Below the pieces are notes generated by a model. The model was not told the origin of the DNA. It worked only from the letters and a program-made list of their open reading frames with translations, and ran no database searches. A stretch of DNA of 64,000 bases, taken from the NCBI GenBank assembly GCA_013265495.1, contig MU058844.1:3017520-3081519 (forward strand), given 5' to 3'. This DNA comes from Vicugna vicugna (lineage: Eukaryota). This document shows, piece by piece, positions 38,241 to 52,049 of this stretch. Made by a program: the position numbers and the translations under genes. Positions within the stretch are counted from its first letter, which is position 1; each line of letters starts with the position of its first letter.

Positions 38241-39943
38241 GATACAGAAAAATTCAGTGATTGCCTAAAATCTCTGGTGGTAAGTGGCAGAGTGCTCCAG
38301 AACACAACTCTTTTGACTCTCCGTTGTCAGAAGATCCTGTTGGTCTCATTGCCCTGCAGCTGTGATTCAGGTGGTCCAGGAAGAACCACATAAAAATACA
38401 ATGATGAATTCCATTCTGAATTTCTTTTGTAGTTATTTTTTCCTTCTGAAATATTCCTTTGAACTGATTTTTCCACTACTATGAAGAGAAGGAGGAAGAA
38501 TAACACCCCAGAACAGGTGTTTGTCAAAATGGCAGCCTCCCACCACCAGATGACCTGTATCATCTCCCATCTGTCACAAACCTCATTCATAGAGAAGAAG
38601 AAATAATGCATTTTAGAAAAAAATTCCTTATGCGTGATATTGTGTCCTATTGCATTATTTCAGATACTTTAATCTGTATTTTTAATATGTTCATAATCTA
38701 GATAATATCATACAATGATATTAACTCCAAAGCCATTTTAATGCATGACAAATAGACAAGTAGACAACTGCACATGCAATACTACAACAAAATGATAAAG
38801 CCCAGTGAAATGGGCACCATAGTGCACTTCGCCTTCTGGCCCCCTCTGTGATATTCAGACTGGGTATAATTAATTATAAAGTCCATTTGAAGGTGGTAGG
38901 ATAGCTATTCAAATGGTTACTTTTAAAGCAACCAATTAATAGCAGGTCTGGTTACCAGCTAGCTAATCAACTGATTTCCACCAATTGTTTTCAAAACATT
39001 TATGATAAATATAGTCTTTTCGAATAGAAAAAAAAAAACTTCCACAACGTGTTATCTCACAACAACCCTGTGAAAATTAAATGAGAGACTCAAAGAAACT
39101 CAGTGTCTAGAAATAAGTGGTACATCCAATATTTAATCCAAATCCATTGAATTTGTGTCTCTAAGTTCTTTTATCTCTAAAGAGACACAGGATACCTGAT
39201 TACTTCAGTGCAGATTATTTTAGCAATTTAGTGGAGAGGAAACTTTTTTTTATTTAAAAATATGTTTTTATTACATCTCTCCTACTATTTTGTTTCCTGA
39301 TAAAATTCTTTTGAGATGTATCTCACTATTAATACATTTGAAGGACAGTAAGCCTATTTAGTTTTATCTCTTACTTTGGGGTTTCAGTGACTTAGTGTCA
39401 AAGAAATCTCCTGTGTTACTAGATTCTGCTTTCATCAGACATAATGTTCTAAGTATGCTCATGCAAAAGCGTGTTCCTGAGATTCTGGAAGCTTTTGGAA
39501 AACCAGATCATATTCCAAAATGCTCTAAAAATGTTTGATATGAAAAGGAGACTGATGATGACTCATTTTATAAAGTAAAATGCCCCTTTTTTGTTAGGGG
39601 TTCTGCAGGACTGGCCCAGAAAGACTGACTGAATCTGAGGTTTACCAAGGGTCCCATCAGAAATGGACACAGCACAGGGCATGGCATTAAGATAGCAGGA
39701 AGAGAAAAGAAGTCAGATAACCAGTGCGCATTCATTGTGAAGTGCAGAGGATGGAGCTCACACAGGAGGACAGACGAGGAAAAGAAAGTACCCATCAGTA
39801 AGATGAAAGGTTTAGCCTTCTCTTTATTCACCAAGTATTTATTAAGAACATACTATGTTTTGAGCAGTGGGCAGACTACTACAGGCAGAAATGCAGTTGT
39901 GAACAAGAGAAGCATCTGACTTCATGGAAATTACTGTCTCAAC

Positions 39944-40315
39944 CAGTGTTTCTCAAACTTGGGGAACGTAAAGGTCTTCTTTTAATGGGCAAAAACAAAT
40001 CCTCCCAGAACACCTAGTGTTGACATAAATTAATTGTGTTACAATGTTACATAAAAATATATAAATATAAAACTAGATATGAATATATTCTGAGTCTAGT
40101 TCATGCAGTTATAAAAACTTATCAAAGTTACAAAGAAAATGCAAGCACCAGTAAAATTCTAAGTAGCATCATTGAGTATCTTAAAAGCTGTTTTGTTGAA
40201 ACCAGCAGTGACTCATGTGTGCTTCAGTTCTATAACAAAGTGTGCTATTTCCCACATATGTCCTCTATAGGAACACCTATAAATCTTTGTTTAGGTGGCA
40301 CAACTGTGAAACTGT
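39944..40315. mobile_element. Probable hAT-Charlie fragment
   Basis: Begins with a Charlie-type terminal repeat 'cagtgtttctcaaactt'; AT-rich interior; subfamily not recognised. Confidence 0.4.
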
Positions 40316-43300
40316 TTGATCTTTGCTTGGCACAAATATTGGGGTTTACATGTTGGGATCACGTCTGTTCTACTCTGATTAATCCATGACAATTCAAAGG
40401 CCACTATTTGGTGCAAACATAATTGAAAAAATACTTATCTATATCCATCTGTCTATCTATATGTATGTGTGAGTGATTATAGTCATAAGGAAATTACAAA
40501 ATTTAACTGATCTTGATGATGACTGATATACCCCTCCCTCAAGAATACATCTGTTCATCCCTTTTACCAAGAGAGGTAGGATGAGGAACTTGACTAGAAG
40601 AGCAGTGCTCTGGTGGGGATGACAGACTCTAAATGAGCTACTAGAGATATCGTGGGCTTCACTGAAAGGGACATTGTTATGAGGACACAGCAGAGAGAAC
40701 ACTAGTCAGGCCCTTAGGGGATGGGCACCTTTTGAAGAAGTAATACTTAAACTGAGACTCAAAGAAAGAATTTTATCTTAACCAGGAAAAGAGTAGGGGG
40801 GAGGAGGAAGGCTAATTTTCAACCTGTTAGCACCAGGATATCTATGCACCACTTCGGATCTGTCACTGGCCTTGTGGGACTTGTTAAATATTTTGTATTT
40901 ACCTGTCAGCTGAAAGAATCCTTATATATGGAATAGGGACTGTAATACCAACTCCATTGCATTCTCGGGAGCGTTCAGTGAGTTAGACTCTGCTGGTCCT
41001 TGGCACAGTGCCTGGGATAGAGCAGGCACCTTTAATTGGAATTGAAATCATGGTGGTGACGATTAGGATGATTCTGAGTAATTTAGTTAGAAGTATATGT
41101 GGTTAAACCGATGGTATACTTGTTAACTATAAAATGAGAATTCAGTCTGTGTCCAGGGTCTATTTTTCCATCGTCTCCATGAATGAGAAGAGGAAACTGG
41201 GACTCCACTATTTCATTACGGTACCCATCCCAGAGCACTCTTACGTAGAATTTGGGAGGGAAAAGCAGAATACCTTTCACCTCTCAGAAAACAAATAACG
41301 GTAAGGACTTACGCTTTAACTTACAGAGGCCAATATATTTCTTAGTCTGTATGAAGCAGTTGCCCTCTGGGTTCCCTGTCTGTCTCAGGGAACTACTAAA
41401 GAACTCTGACATGTCAGATCCTGTCCTACAGATGTTTGTGCCTTTTAGCAAAATACCAGCAGTCCTTCACCCTCCAGCAGGCCCCTTCAGTCTGAGTGTC
41501 GAGAGACAAAGTTGAGGTCCACACACTCTGATCCCCCAGTCTCGGTAGACCCCACACCTCTGGCCCACACACACGGCAGCCCGTCCTCATGTTGGTTCCT
41601 AAAGGATGCTTCAAGGAACCTGTCCAGGTTTTTCCTCACGCTTAAGAATCTTGGTCCAGGGTGAGAATAAGAGTTGCTCCCACATTTCTAATGTCAGTAA
41701 TGACAGATTGCTGGTTTCCTAACAATATCCTATTGACTGAAGGTTGACAGTCAACTCAACCATGAATATAAACTCTGACCCCTAAAGTCAGGACTGAAAT
41801 GAAATAAGCATATAGAGTCATAGCTAAATAGGGTTTAGATATAGGAAAATTCCAATGACAGCTAAGGTGGGACTCTGATTAGAATCTGAATGCAAGTCTG
41901 TGGTCTGTTCATCTCAGAAGCTCGTCCGCCCGTGGAGCACAGAGCATATCATAGTAGTATCATACCGTACAGCTACTTGATGGTACCAAGCCTTCCATTT
42001 GCCATTGATTTCTTGGTACAAAATGACTTGCTAAAGGTCACTCAGTTAGTTTCTAAACTAGATGTATATTACGGGCCTTTTGATTCTCAATCCAGTGATC
42101 TTTCCAGTGCTTATTGTTGCTCCCTACTTTCCCACGTGGTTTGACTGAAGGTTAACATTTTAAAAATCTCCCACCATTTGCACCAGTTTGCATCAAGGAA
42201 TCTTTGTAAGCTCTGCTTCCCAGTCCTGAACGCTCATGTCTCTCTGTTGCCATCCCCTCATAACTGGTTGCATTCTTGCTCTCTGCCTGCTTGCTTCAGC
42301 CTGACACCTCACACCTCCCTTTATTACCTGCGCTTTATGCCCCTAGTACGTCAGCGCCGGTGCTCTTGGCTCAATGCCCTGCACCAAAGGCCAGCATCCT
42401 TACTTGAGATACGGCCTTTCACTTCTAAGTAGGCACAAAAATAGCCTCACAAACTTTCTAAGCTGTTCCTTCTCTCAGAATTTAATTGCTTTGTCATAGT
42501 GTAGACATAGAGTCCTAAAATTCAACACCAGCCTGAATGGTTCTGGTTCAGTTCTTGGCCATGTACCTAATGCCTGCATCCCACAGTGAACTCTGCTAAT
42601 TTCCACTAGGGTTGATACCATGTCTGTTGTCTCCTGACCTTGACTCAGTTCTGATGCCTGCTACTTCCTTGGCAACCTGTCGTCTCCAGAAGGGGCATGG
42701 CAATCAAAGGAGCCCAAAAGCAGCTGGCACCTGACCCAGGCTCTTGGCAAATGCAGTTTTCTACTGGCCCATCAAACTGGTGAGCAACAGAACCATCTTG
42801 GGAGGAGCGTGAGGTGGCATTCACAAATGTGAATGTGAGTAATACGAGTTTGTCAGGCCTTATGCTTCTAAAAAACAGCTTTTTGTGGCAGAATTAGATA
42901 AACGTTTATTTCAAACTTGCACAACTCAGCATTATGCCGTACAAGTCTTCATGCTTTTAATTTCCTGCTAAATTTCATGATTCAAAAAAACCAACAGATG
43001 CCAACAACTATATTTATGTAAAAGAGCTTCTAATCCAATATGAAAATAATAAAAGAATGAAGACCTATTTGGGAACTCAAAAAAATCTGGGCGGAATCTT
43101 GAAGTCCAAGAGCTCCCCTTTTGGGGGTTCCAGCATGTTACAGAGACGAGATGCTACTGACGCAGCCCTCCCCGACACAGGCAGCTCTTCCCAACACCAG
43201 TCATTGTCTTCACAACATTCAGCTTCATCCCTTTTCCAGCAATTTAAGTATGCATGGTGCTTTTTTCATCATGGCCTCAACTTTGATTTTTATCTTCTCT

Positions 43301-43425
43301 AAACAATTACATTTTTAAGAAAAAAAAATTTCAAAAACATAGATATCCCCCAGCAAGCCATTGGCATTTATCTTACAAATAAGTGCTATTGGACTCAAAG
43401 CAAACTTTGGAAAGAGTGTTAATGT

Positions 43426-43840
43426 CTGTATGGGTTTTGATACATAACAAACCACTTCAAAATGTAGCATTTAGAACAACCGCAGTCACCGTTTTTTCCC
43501 TGAAGACTCTGAGTTAACTGGGCTCAGCTCGGCAGCTCCTCTGCTGCGTGTGCCGTCAGCCGGGGCTGCACTGCTCCGGCGGCCAGCCTGGACTAGCATC
43601 CAGGGTGGCTCACTCGCACGTTGCTGGAAGCTCGGCTGGGGGCTGTTGACTGAGCACCTGAGTTCCCCTCCACATGGTCTGTCCGTGCTGCTTGGGCTTC
43701 TCACAGGTTTCCAAGAAGTGTCGTTACACAACATCACTTCTACCACATTCTGTTACCAAAATTCGTCAGGATCAACTCAGTTCAAGGAGAAAGGAAAGAG
43801 ACTGTCTCTTCATGAGCCATCATGCTATTCAAATCCATCA
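43426..43840 (-). mobile_element. MaLR solo LTR, MLT1F/G/H-like
   Basis: 'cataacaaaccacttcaaaatgtag', 'ctgggctcagctcggcag', 'cttgggcttctcacag', 'catcacttctaccacattctgtt', 'ttcaaggagaaaggaaagagact'. Confidence 0.8.
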
Positions 43841-44807
43841 TATCTATGGAGGAAAACAAACCAGAGTTTTATAGTTGGGGACTAATTCCACTGCTGTCTA
43901 TAAAGAATCGTCCCCCAGTAGACTCAGTCCCAACAGGGACCAGAGGAACTGACTCGCTGCTTTTGGATCTTCTTCAAGGCAAGAGTGAGAACTTCTCAGA
44001 TTATTTAGGTTGGAATCTGACTTCAAGAGGGTCTAGAGCCCCTTGGGGCTATTTAAAAGTTCAGGGAGTTATGTAGGTTTCAAAATCCCTATGGTTTATA
44101 ACCCTCTGGGGAATTTACTTTGAAATATGTAAATGTCAAAGCAACCCAAATAATTTTCCAACAGATTCTACCAAATGAAAGCATACTGAGCCACTTAGAT
44201 GTAATTGTTAAGAAGGAGAGGACCACACTGATTTTTCTGTCAAACAGTTAAATTTAAATATGGTTTCTAAAATCACAACTCATTTGTATTGTTGTTATAT
44301 TCTGTTAGAACATAAGACTAGAGAGGAAAGGGCTGAGGACTCAGTTCCCGAGAGAGAAGTCAAACTTTGCTTTCACCACACCGCTAAGCCAAACTGGCCA
44401 TGTTGTAAACCTGCACCTTGATTCATCAGTGGACCAAGAGGGGGGCAGATCAGTGTTACTCCTTCCTTGACCCTGAGGACACCTCTAACCACAGGGCCTT
44501 CTCTTGAATGCTGCATAACTTTTTCCCACTTCTGTTTATCCCAGCCTTCCTCCCTCATGAAAAGTCAGGAAAGAAACTACTTGTTACTGAGCTCTTGCTA
44601 TGTGTCACCCACTGTACTAGGACTTTTTTTTCCTTTTCTTTTCTGTTAAACCAACAGCGTGTCATTCAGCCATTACTGTGCAGGGTTTTGCGCACTACCA
44701 GCATTTAATAAATAGTTCTCATTTGACTTGCTGAGATAAGTTATGAGGCTGGTGACCAACTGTGGCATTAGCAATGTTTCACTGGGTGAAAAATCTCACA
44801 CATTTTT

Positions 44808-45682
44808 TGTTCAATATCACTAATTATCAGAGAAATGCAAATCAAAACTACAATGAGGTATCACCTCACACCAGTCAGAATGGCCGTCATTCAAAAATCC
44901 ACAAATGACAAATGCTGGAGAGGCTGTGGAGAAAGGGGAACCCTCCTACACTGCTGGTGGGAATGCAGTTTGGTGCAGCCACTATGGAAAACAGTGTGGA
45001 GATTCCTCAAAAGACTAGGAATAGACTTACCATATGACCCAGGAATCCCACTCCTGGGCTTGTACCCAGAAGGAAATCTACTTCAGGATGACACCTGCAC
45101 CCCAATGTTCATAGCAGCACTATTTACAATAGCCAAAACATGGAAACAACCTAAATGTCCATCAACAGGTGACTGGATAAAGAAGATGTGGTATATTTAT
45201 ACAATGGAATACTACTCAGCCATAAAAACCGACAACATAATGCCATTTGCAGCAACATGGATGCTCCTAGAGAATGTCATTCTAAGTGAAGTAAGCCAGA
45301 AAGAGAAAGAAAAATACCATATGAGATCGCTCATATGTGGAATCTAAAAAACAAAAACAAACAAACAAACAAAAACAAAGCATAAATACAGGACAGAAAT
45401 AGACTCATGGACAGAGAATACAGACTTGTGGTTACCGGGGGGGTAGAGGGTGGGAAGGGATAGACTGGGATTTCAAAATTGTAGAATAGATAAACAAGAT
45501 TACACTGTATAGCACAGGGAAATATACACAAAATGTTATGATAAATCACAGAGAAAAAAATGTGACAATGAGTGTGTATATGTCCATGAATGACTGAAAA
45601 ATTGTGCTGAACACTGGAATTTGACACAACACTGTAAAATGATTATGAATCAATAAAAAATGTAAAAAAAAAGAAAAGAAAA
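44808..45682 (+). mobile_element. Young 5'-truncated L1 (camelid L1_Vpa-like) with a perfect 20-bp TSD
   Basis: TSD gaaaaatctcacacattttt at 44788-44807 and 45683-45702; open ORF2 C-terminus; 3' UTR, AATAAA and an A-rich tail. Confidence 0.97.
44835..45347 (+). pseudogene. L1 ORF2p C-terminal fragment (CCHC zinc-knuckle region), open but 5'-truncated
   Basis: '[17 protein letters not shown]...[18 protein letters not shown]...[10 protein letters not shown]...MRSLICGI*'. Confidence 0.95.
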
Positions 45683-48600
45683 GAAAAATCTCACACATTT
45701 TTAAGGACAGCCTCCCTTGGTTCTCAAGTATAGAAGCTGAATACCCTTGCCAGGCATAGAAATATATTGTTTTTGGCTCATATACCTCAGTATATGATAT
45801 TAAATTTGCAAAATGTGGTAATAAAACTCTGAAGAAATAGAAGAAATTTTCGTAATTATACTTTAACCTATGTAAGATGTTCTATCATGAAATATCTGTA
45901 CAAAATGCCGTTTGACCATAATTTGGAGATGTTGCTTATTGCAAGCATTTTACAAGCTAATTTTGGACGAATCTACTACTTTAGCAAATTTGCAGTTCTC
46001 AAAAATAGGAATTCTATCCAGAATGGAATGGCAATTTTCCCTGAGGGTGTGAATGATCATTCTCATTCTGTTGAAATATTTCAATATGCTGAATTTAATC
46101 AGAGTGGTTTTAATTGTCCCCTTCCTCTGCCCCCATTTCCAGTTCTGCCTTGACCCTTAACTTCCAGATTGTCTTTAGCAGAGCTTAATATCCACACATT
46201 TTTCTTTCTTCATTTACTGCCGATTTAGTCTACTCTTGAGTTCCTAAGAAGTTGAGAAAGATTTTCAGATTAGAATAAATCTGAAAATCAAAGGCGTTTT
46301 AATGACAAGACAACTTACCTGGCCTTTAGAAAATGAGATCACACTAAAGAAATCTATTGATCAAGAAGGCAGAATGAAAAGTGTTCAAAGGGTCGTTATC
46401 ACCATATCAAGGATGTAGGTCAAGACAGCATGTGAAGGGAGGAGAGTAAAGATGGAGCAAGCATCAGACCACAGAAAGACTTGTTAGAGGCACCATGAAA
46501 ATAAGAAGTTTGAATCTAATCCTATCTTATGTAAAACATCAACATCCTTTGCTTACTTTAATCGACATTTTCTTCAAAAAAATTCTATTGTCTTGTGTTT
46601 AACAATATCCTGTCCTCTAATTAATACAGATTCTACTTGGTTGGTTTACTATGTATTATTCCTAGATAATTGCCATATGCATGGTGATATTTAATGTATC
46701 TCAAATATACAGATATTTTCTAAACAAAAATACTCTACATTGTGTGTACAATATTTGAAAGGTTTGATTGAGGATTCAGTCTCCTTTAATGGGCTATCAG
46801 CTTTTAATTCAGTATTCTAGCTACTGCAGAAAAAGCTGCCCAGCTACTCACTATTTCTGTTCTGTGTCTACACAAGGTACTGAATGTCATATCCTGTACC
46901 AAGTTGGAGCCATCAAATACTGTGACTGAAGCCCTGTTCAAAGTTGTTCTGTCTCCCAGAATCTGACCTCTCTTATCATATGCTGACACTGGTACTGGTA
47001 TCTTATCACGGCCACCTGACTCCTGGTGTTCAGTCAGTAAACTTTCCTAGTCTCTTTGAAGAAAGATGTACTTTGAACCGAGTCTATACAAACCAACTAT
47101 GTGAGTCTAGTAAATTTGCGATGGCGTGTTATAATACAGTATCTTGGAATGGTGAAACAAGGTTCAGAGTAGTGCTTTTAGAATAAATATTTTCAGTCCT
47201 TCAAGTTGAATCTTGTTTCTGAGCATTCACGTTCATAATGGAAATCATCTAAGAATTACTAGGAGCCTTGCAGACATCTCCAAAGTGATTACAACTCACT
47301 TCTTGAGGCCTCCTAAAAATAGGCACTCAGGTGCCAGGAGTAGATCATGCAGGCGTTCTGTGATGACTCTCACCATGCCAAAGAATGCCTACATTTGTCC
47401 TAAATCTATTTTTAGAAACCGATTGTCAAAACAGCCCACAATGTGTGAATCTGCCAGTGAACCCTATAAACAGATGTCATTTTATTTTTCCATCTTGAAA
47501 AATAAGTCAAGTACCGTTTGCTCACTACCAAAGAGAAGATTACACAGAAGTAATAAGAAACAGGCTCGCTTTTCCTTAGTTTTGTGTTTAAAACCCATCA
47601 ACTTTTCGGGGCATCTCATTTACTACAGTCTTTGTATCACAGTGCCTCCACTTCTTTGTGGCAAATTTCTTGTCAAGATTTAAAAGCAGCCCTTGAGAAG
47701 ATTAATGAGCTCAATCTATGAAAATGAGCCCATTGTCATGTTTTTATTCTCAGTTTTTCTCCAGTAGCTATCCCTATAACATACAACAGAACCCTGCTGA
47801 CAGACTCTTCTACGCTCTTACCTCCTGCCTTTGTGAACTTGCCACGCACGAACATTGTTTCATTTGTATGACAGGCTGCTTGGGAAAGGACGTGCTGTGT
47901 TATGAATGGCTGCCACGTTTCTTCTCAGCAGAGTTTCCCTCTGTGTTAACAGCAGAGCAGCCCTCCTTTATCGATAAAGCCTAACAGGCACATCATCAAA
48001 GAGTTAAGATATCTGTGGTACATGCCATTAAGGCTGATGTCATTTTCAGTCAGCTGCCATACTCCACGGAGAAGATGGCATCCGAGGCCCGCTCACGGGT
48101 CGCGTGAAAGGCTCCCAGATGCAGCTCTGAAGAGGCTTTCTGACTGTCTCCCCGGGTCCCTAAGAAAGCAGTGTGAGATCATCTGTACAAGATACCAGAT
48201 TATGACCAAAAAACAAAAAAAAGATTATGTAAAAAAGTACTCCTCCCAATGTTTTCTAGCTTCTGATTAGAAATTATAAATAGAGAAAATATTTAAATGA
48301 CCCCTATTTTCAAGAGTTAATAGACTCAGACTTCTATATCCTAGAAGAAAAAAATTTCTTGGTTATGTTCATGCACTGGAAGAGTTAATCCAAAAGACAA
48401 TGTTTTCCTGAAATCTTACATATCATCAGTAGGGTTAAGATCAAATATCCTCTCATTCCCTCTCTTCTGTTGTATTCAGGATTGCGTGGGGAAAAAAAGT
48501 TTAATCTCCAGATAAAAGAGAATAGATAAGTATTTTGCAGCATAAAAATAAACTGCCTGTTAAGTATGATCTTTTAAGTAGTATAAAATTTCTATAAGCT

Positions 48601-49569
48601 GGTATATGGGTTACATGTGGTTCAAAGATTGTCCTTCATTTTCCACCAATCTGGTTTTTAACCTGCTGTTCTGAAGCCATAAACTCTCAGAGGGACGTCC
48701 TCTGTAATTTTATATGGAATTTGATGACTGAAAGGCCCGTGGCATGAATTACAGAGAGAGAGTTCTCTCAACTCCACAACCTTATAGAGAGACTAAAGCT
48801 TGTTATATGAATCTTGGACTAGTTCATTTTACAAAGCCGTACAAGAGCATAAGCTTTGTTAACTCCTTCAGTTTCATTCTTTGGGTGAAACACTCTATAC
48901 ACATTCTGGAAATGTATATTAGATGCTACCAGATAGAGGGACAGGAAGGCTAAGTGTGCCCAGAACATTGGAAGGACGTATAGTGGAAAATCAGAAGTTA
49001 GATCAGCCTAGTTTTTCATGGGGACCATTCTTCAAGCTTTCCCAGGGAATAAAAGGCTTCTAGTGAGAAGAAACAATAGACCTGAACAGCAGGAGTGTTT
49101 GGGATGGGAGCCAGAGAGCAAGAGTTACTAACAGAGAGTGGTAATTTGGAATGAATTGCTGTTTTGTGTTGTGAAGCACCAGGACACAGCTGGTGTACTG
49201 GCTAACCTGAGGATTTGTAGTGACTGCATTGAAATGGTAATGAAGTTTTTATTTTATGATTGCAGATGTTTGTGGATTATTGTTATTAAGCTTATTAGTG
49301 TAACAGTACAAATATGAGATTTTTATTTACTTGGTCTCTTATTTGTGGGAGCTTTGTTAAAGCCTTTTTAACCGAAGTCAAGAAAACAAAAGCCATGCAG
49401 TAACCAAAATGAGCTGAACCATCAGGCAGGTCTTACTGCGTGTGTGGGTGCTGGCTTAATTTGGGGCTCTCCTCCAGTGGGAGATAAATCTCAGCATTCC
49501 CGTTGTGGTTGCACCTTGGGTCATGTTGTCAAGTAATCTGCTCATTGGTAAAATGATCAATCATTATAT

Positions 49570-49785
49570 TAACAGCGGTCGCTCACTCATTCTGGAGTTG
49601 GATTGCCTAGCCAATTCTGCCATTGACAAGTGCATAACATTAGGCACTTAACCAACCTCCCCACTCCTCAGTTTCCTCCTCTTTAAAATTCAGATTTAAA
49701 AATGCTGCCCCTTTTGTAATGTCATTTTGAGGATCAAATAAGACTATCTGAATAGAACACTTGTCAATTAATGTTAAGTGTTATC
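49570..49785 (+). mobile_element. MIR SINE
   Basis: 'ttctgccattgacaag...cttaaccaacctc..cctcagtttcctcctctttaaaat...tgaggatcaaataaga'. Confidence 0.7.
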
Positions 49786-51074
49786 TAAAAACTCTTTTGG
49801 TGTGGAAGAATTATTAAGCATTTTCTTCAAAAGTTCTGAGACAACGAGTTCTATTGGAAATTCTATTATCTTGCAGAGTGATTTGTTTGATCAAACAATT
49901 CAAAGAAGGTACACACGTGTATACTATGTGGATAACTAGTTTTCAAGCAATATTATAAATAATATTCAGTTGTTCGCTTGCTGTTAGGCATAGTAAGATC
50001 TCTTTTAATGATTCAGAGACTGCTGAAGAATCTTGGAATTTCTCCAGATGCTGATTTATCAGTGAATATCAAGTACTGTCATGGAGTGGATTGATCAGTG
50101 TTTGTGATTCCAGTTATAAAAATTCCACATGATTTTGCCTTCAGTATAGTTCTCTTCCTAGCCAGCCATAAAGACACAGTTAATATGTACTAAGAGAAAT
50201 GATCTTCTCTAGGAAAATCAATTTCTAACTTGATGGAATAATTTCCTTAGGTTAGAAAAATCAAAATCCCTCAAAATATCCCATGTATAAAAATAGTCAT
50301 TACCATTATGCATTTCAAAATTAACATGATTACTAGTTGACCAATTAAAGAGAAGCCTCTTTCATATTGACTCCTCAGCAGTTCCTGCCAGTGTTGTGAT
50401 GTGGTGTTGATGATTTAGAGCCAATTTGGGGCACTAATGAAGAATCCTGTGATTCTCCAGTCGATGATATCTGGAGTCTAGTCCTAAATTTACAGTAAAG
50501 TTGACAACTAATAAAACTTTTCAAATGGTTATGTCTTCTGTAGTTTTTTAAGAGAGTACAATTAAATAGATTCATGGTTGGAAATAATAGAGTAATATAA
50601 GAGTATATCAAGCTTAAGATTTTTTTGAAGGTTTCACATTAAATTCTGTATGTCATATGTAGTTAATAAAATCGTATGATCCCCTTAGTGTGTTGATAAC
50701 CTACTTCCTTAAGCTGAAGCAGTTCTTAATGACTTTGGAAGCAGTTAGAAAGCACTGTGTAAATTAGTAAGCACTAATCTGGGGTGTGGAAATGTCAGGG
50801 AATTGGGAAGCAAACTGAGTTCTCCAACACATCAACCCTTCTGCGGGACATCTTCCATTAGGCAGTTTCATATCTTAAACCAGCGTGCACCAGTACCACA
50901 GGTTGTCATCAAGATTTTTATATAAAAACAAGGTCTTCAAAAATTACATTTCATGACTCATCATTATAAATTAATTGCTAATGGTTTAAATACTTCTATA
51001 TTCAAAACCAATTCACTTAAATAAGTGCTCTTCTCTAGTGGAGATTTTTCCCAAGTAGAATCTGTAATTATAAG

Positions 51075-51324
51075 GACAATGTAAGCCTGGAGCTGCCGGG
51101 AACCATCCAAGAGAGAAAGACTTCACGAGAACAAAGCGAACCCAGAGGGAAGCTGAGCCAAGAGGTGGAAATAGGCAGACGCTGGTGACATCGTCTGCGG
51201 CCTCCTGATTCAGCCATGCCTGAGCCTCTCGGTTCTGTGAGCCTCTGAGCCCGCTTCATAGGGCTTATGCCTGTTGAAGCTGGATCTTTGTCACTTAAAA
51301 ACCAAGAGAATCCTGACTCATACA
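51075..51324 (+). mobile_element. MaLR LTR 3' part, MLT1I/J-like
   Basis: 'tgtaagcctggagctgc...gattcagccatgcctga...tgtcacttaaaaaccaagagaatcctgactcataca'. Confidence 0.75.
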
Positions 51325-51329
51325 GGTAA

Positions 51330-51552
51330 CGTGGTCAGAAATTTTCAGGAAGGGCTTCCAACTATACCTGCTTCTTGCAGATTCTCAATGTGCACTAATT
51401 TATTAAAAGATCTGAGAAAACCTGCTGTAAAGACACTTGTTTATCTTTGTTAACCCACTGTTCCCCAGACTTGGTTGATGGTAGAACCTCTTTGTACCTG
51501 ACACCTATGAACATCAATTCCACTGAGCACATTTTGGGATATGATGCTCTTC
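51330..51552 (-). mobile_element. MER113-like hAT-Charlie fragment
   Basis: 'agattctcaatgtgcac...attaaaagatctgagaaaacctgctgtaaagacacttgtttatctttgttaacccactgttcccca'. Confidence 0.65.
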
Positions 51553-52049
51553 TAAGGCCAGCAGGAAAGAGAGTTGTCAAAAATGAGTGGGGACAACTAT
51601 GTTTGACCTCAGGGATTCCAGAGACTCACTGGAACAGGAGCCATTAAGTGAAGTAGTCTCTTACTGATGAGCAAGTCTAAGTGGGTAGGGGTCTCCTCTG
51701 CACCCCACCCTCAATTCCCTGCAGCACCAGGGCAGTAACAGTGGAGACCTCCATCATCTCTTTAGATGGCAAATTATGAGATGCTCACTATCACTGCTGG
51801 TTCTTCCTCTGCCATGCTCCCATGTTTTGGGAGTTTTTCCTGGCTTCATTCCCTTCCACATGGATCTCCACTACCTGCAAAATGAAGTCATGCCAGGCCA
51901 CTAGGAGCTTCTTTATTTGTTGTGGCAGGGACCTCATCTTCCCGGCTCCCATCAGATTTCCCAACTCCACGCTTGCAAGCTTCAGCTTCTGAATAAGTCT
52001 CAGCACCCTTCACTTCTGTGGATATTGGCCATCTTTTCCACAACCCCAC

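Noticed and set aside
45331..45627. 98-aa hydrophobic minus-strand ORF
   Set aside because: Antisense reading of the L1 3' UTR.
47213..47683. 156-aa ORF, the longest not derived from a transposon
   Set aside because: Non-ATG start, no recognisable domain, no clear splice boundaries; compatible with chance in 64 kb.
49860..50100. Possible small exons (49877-49908 and from ~50017, 'RLLKNLGISPDADL')
   Set aside because: Weak donor sites (gtacac, gtactg) and unrecognised peptides.
51791..52032. Minus-strand 'MANIH' start at 52032 and ORF 51791-52006, faintly reminiscent of BEX3
   Set aside because: Only five residues match, a stop follows within a few codons, and the intervening sequence and spacing do not fit; not supportable as a processed pseudogene.
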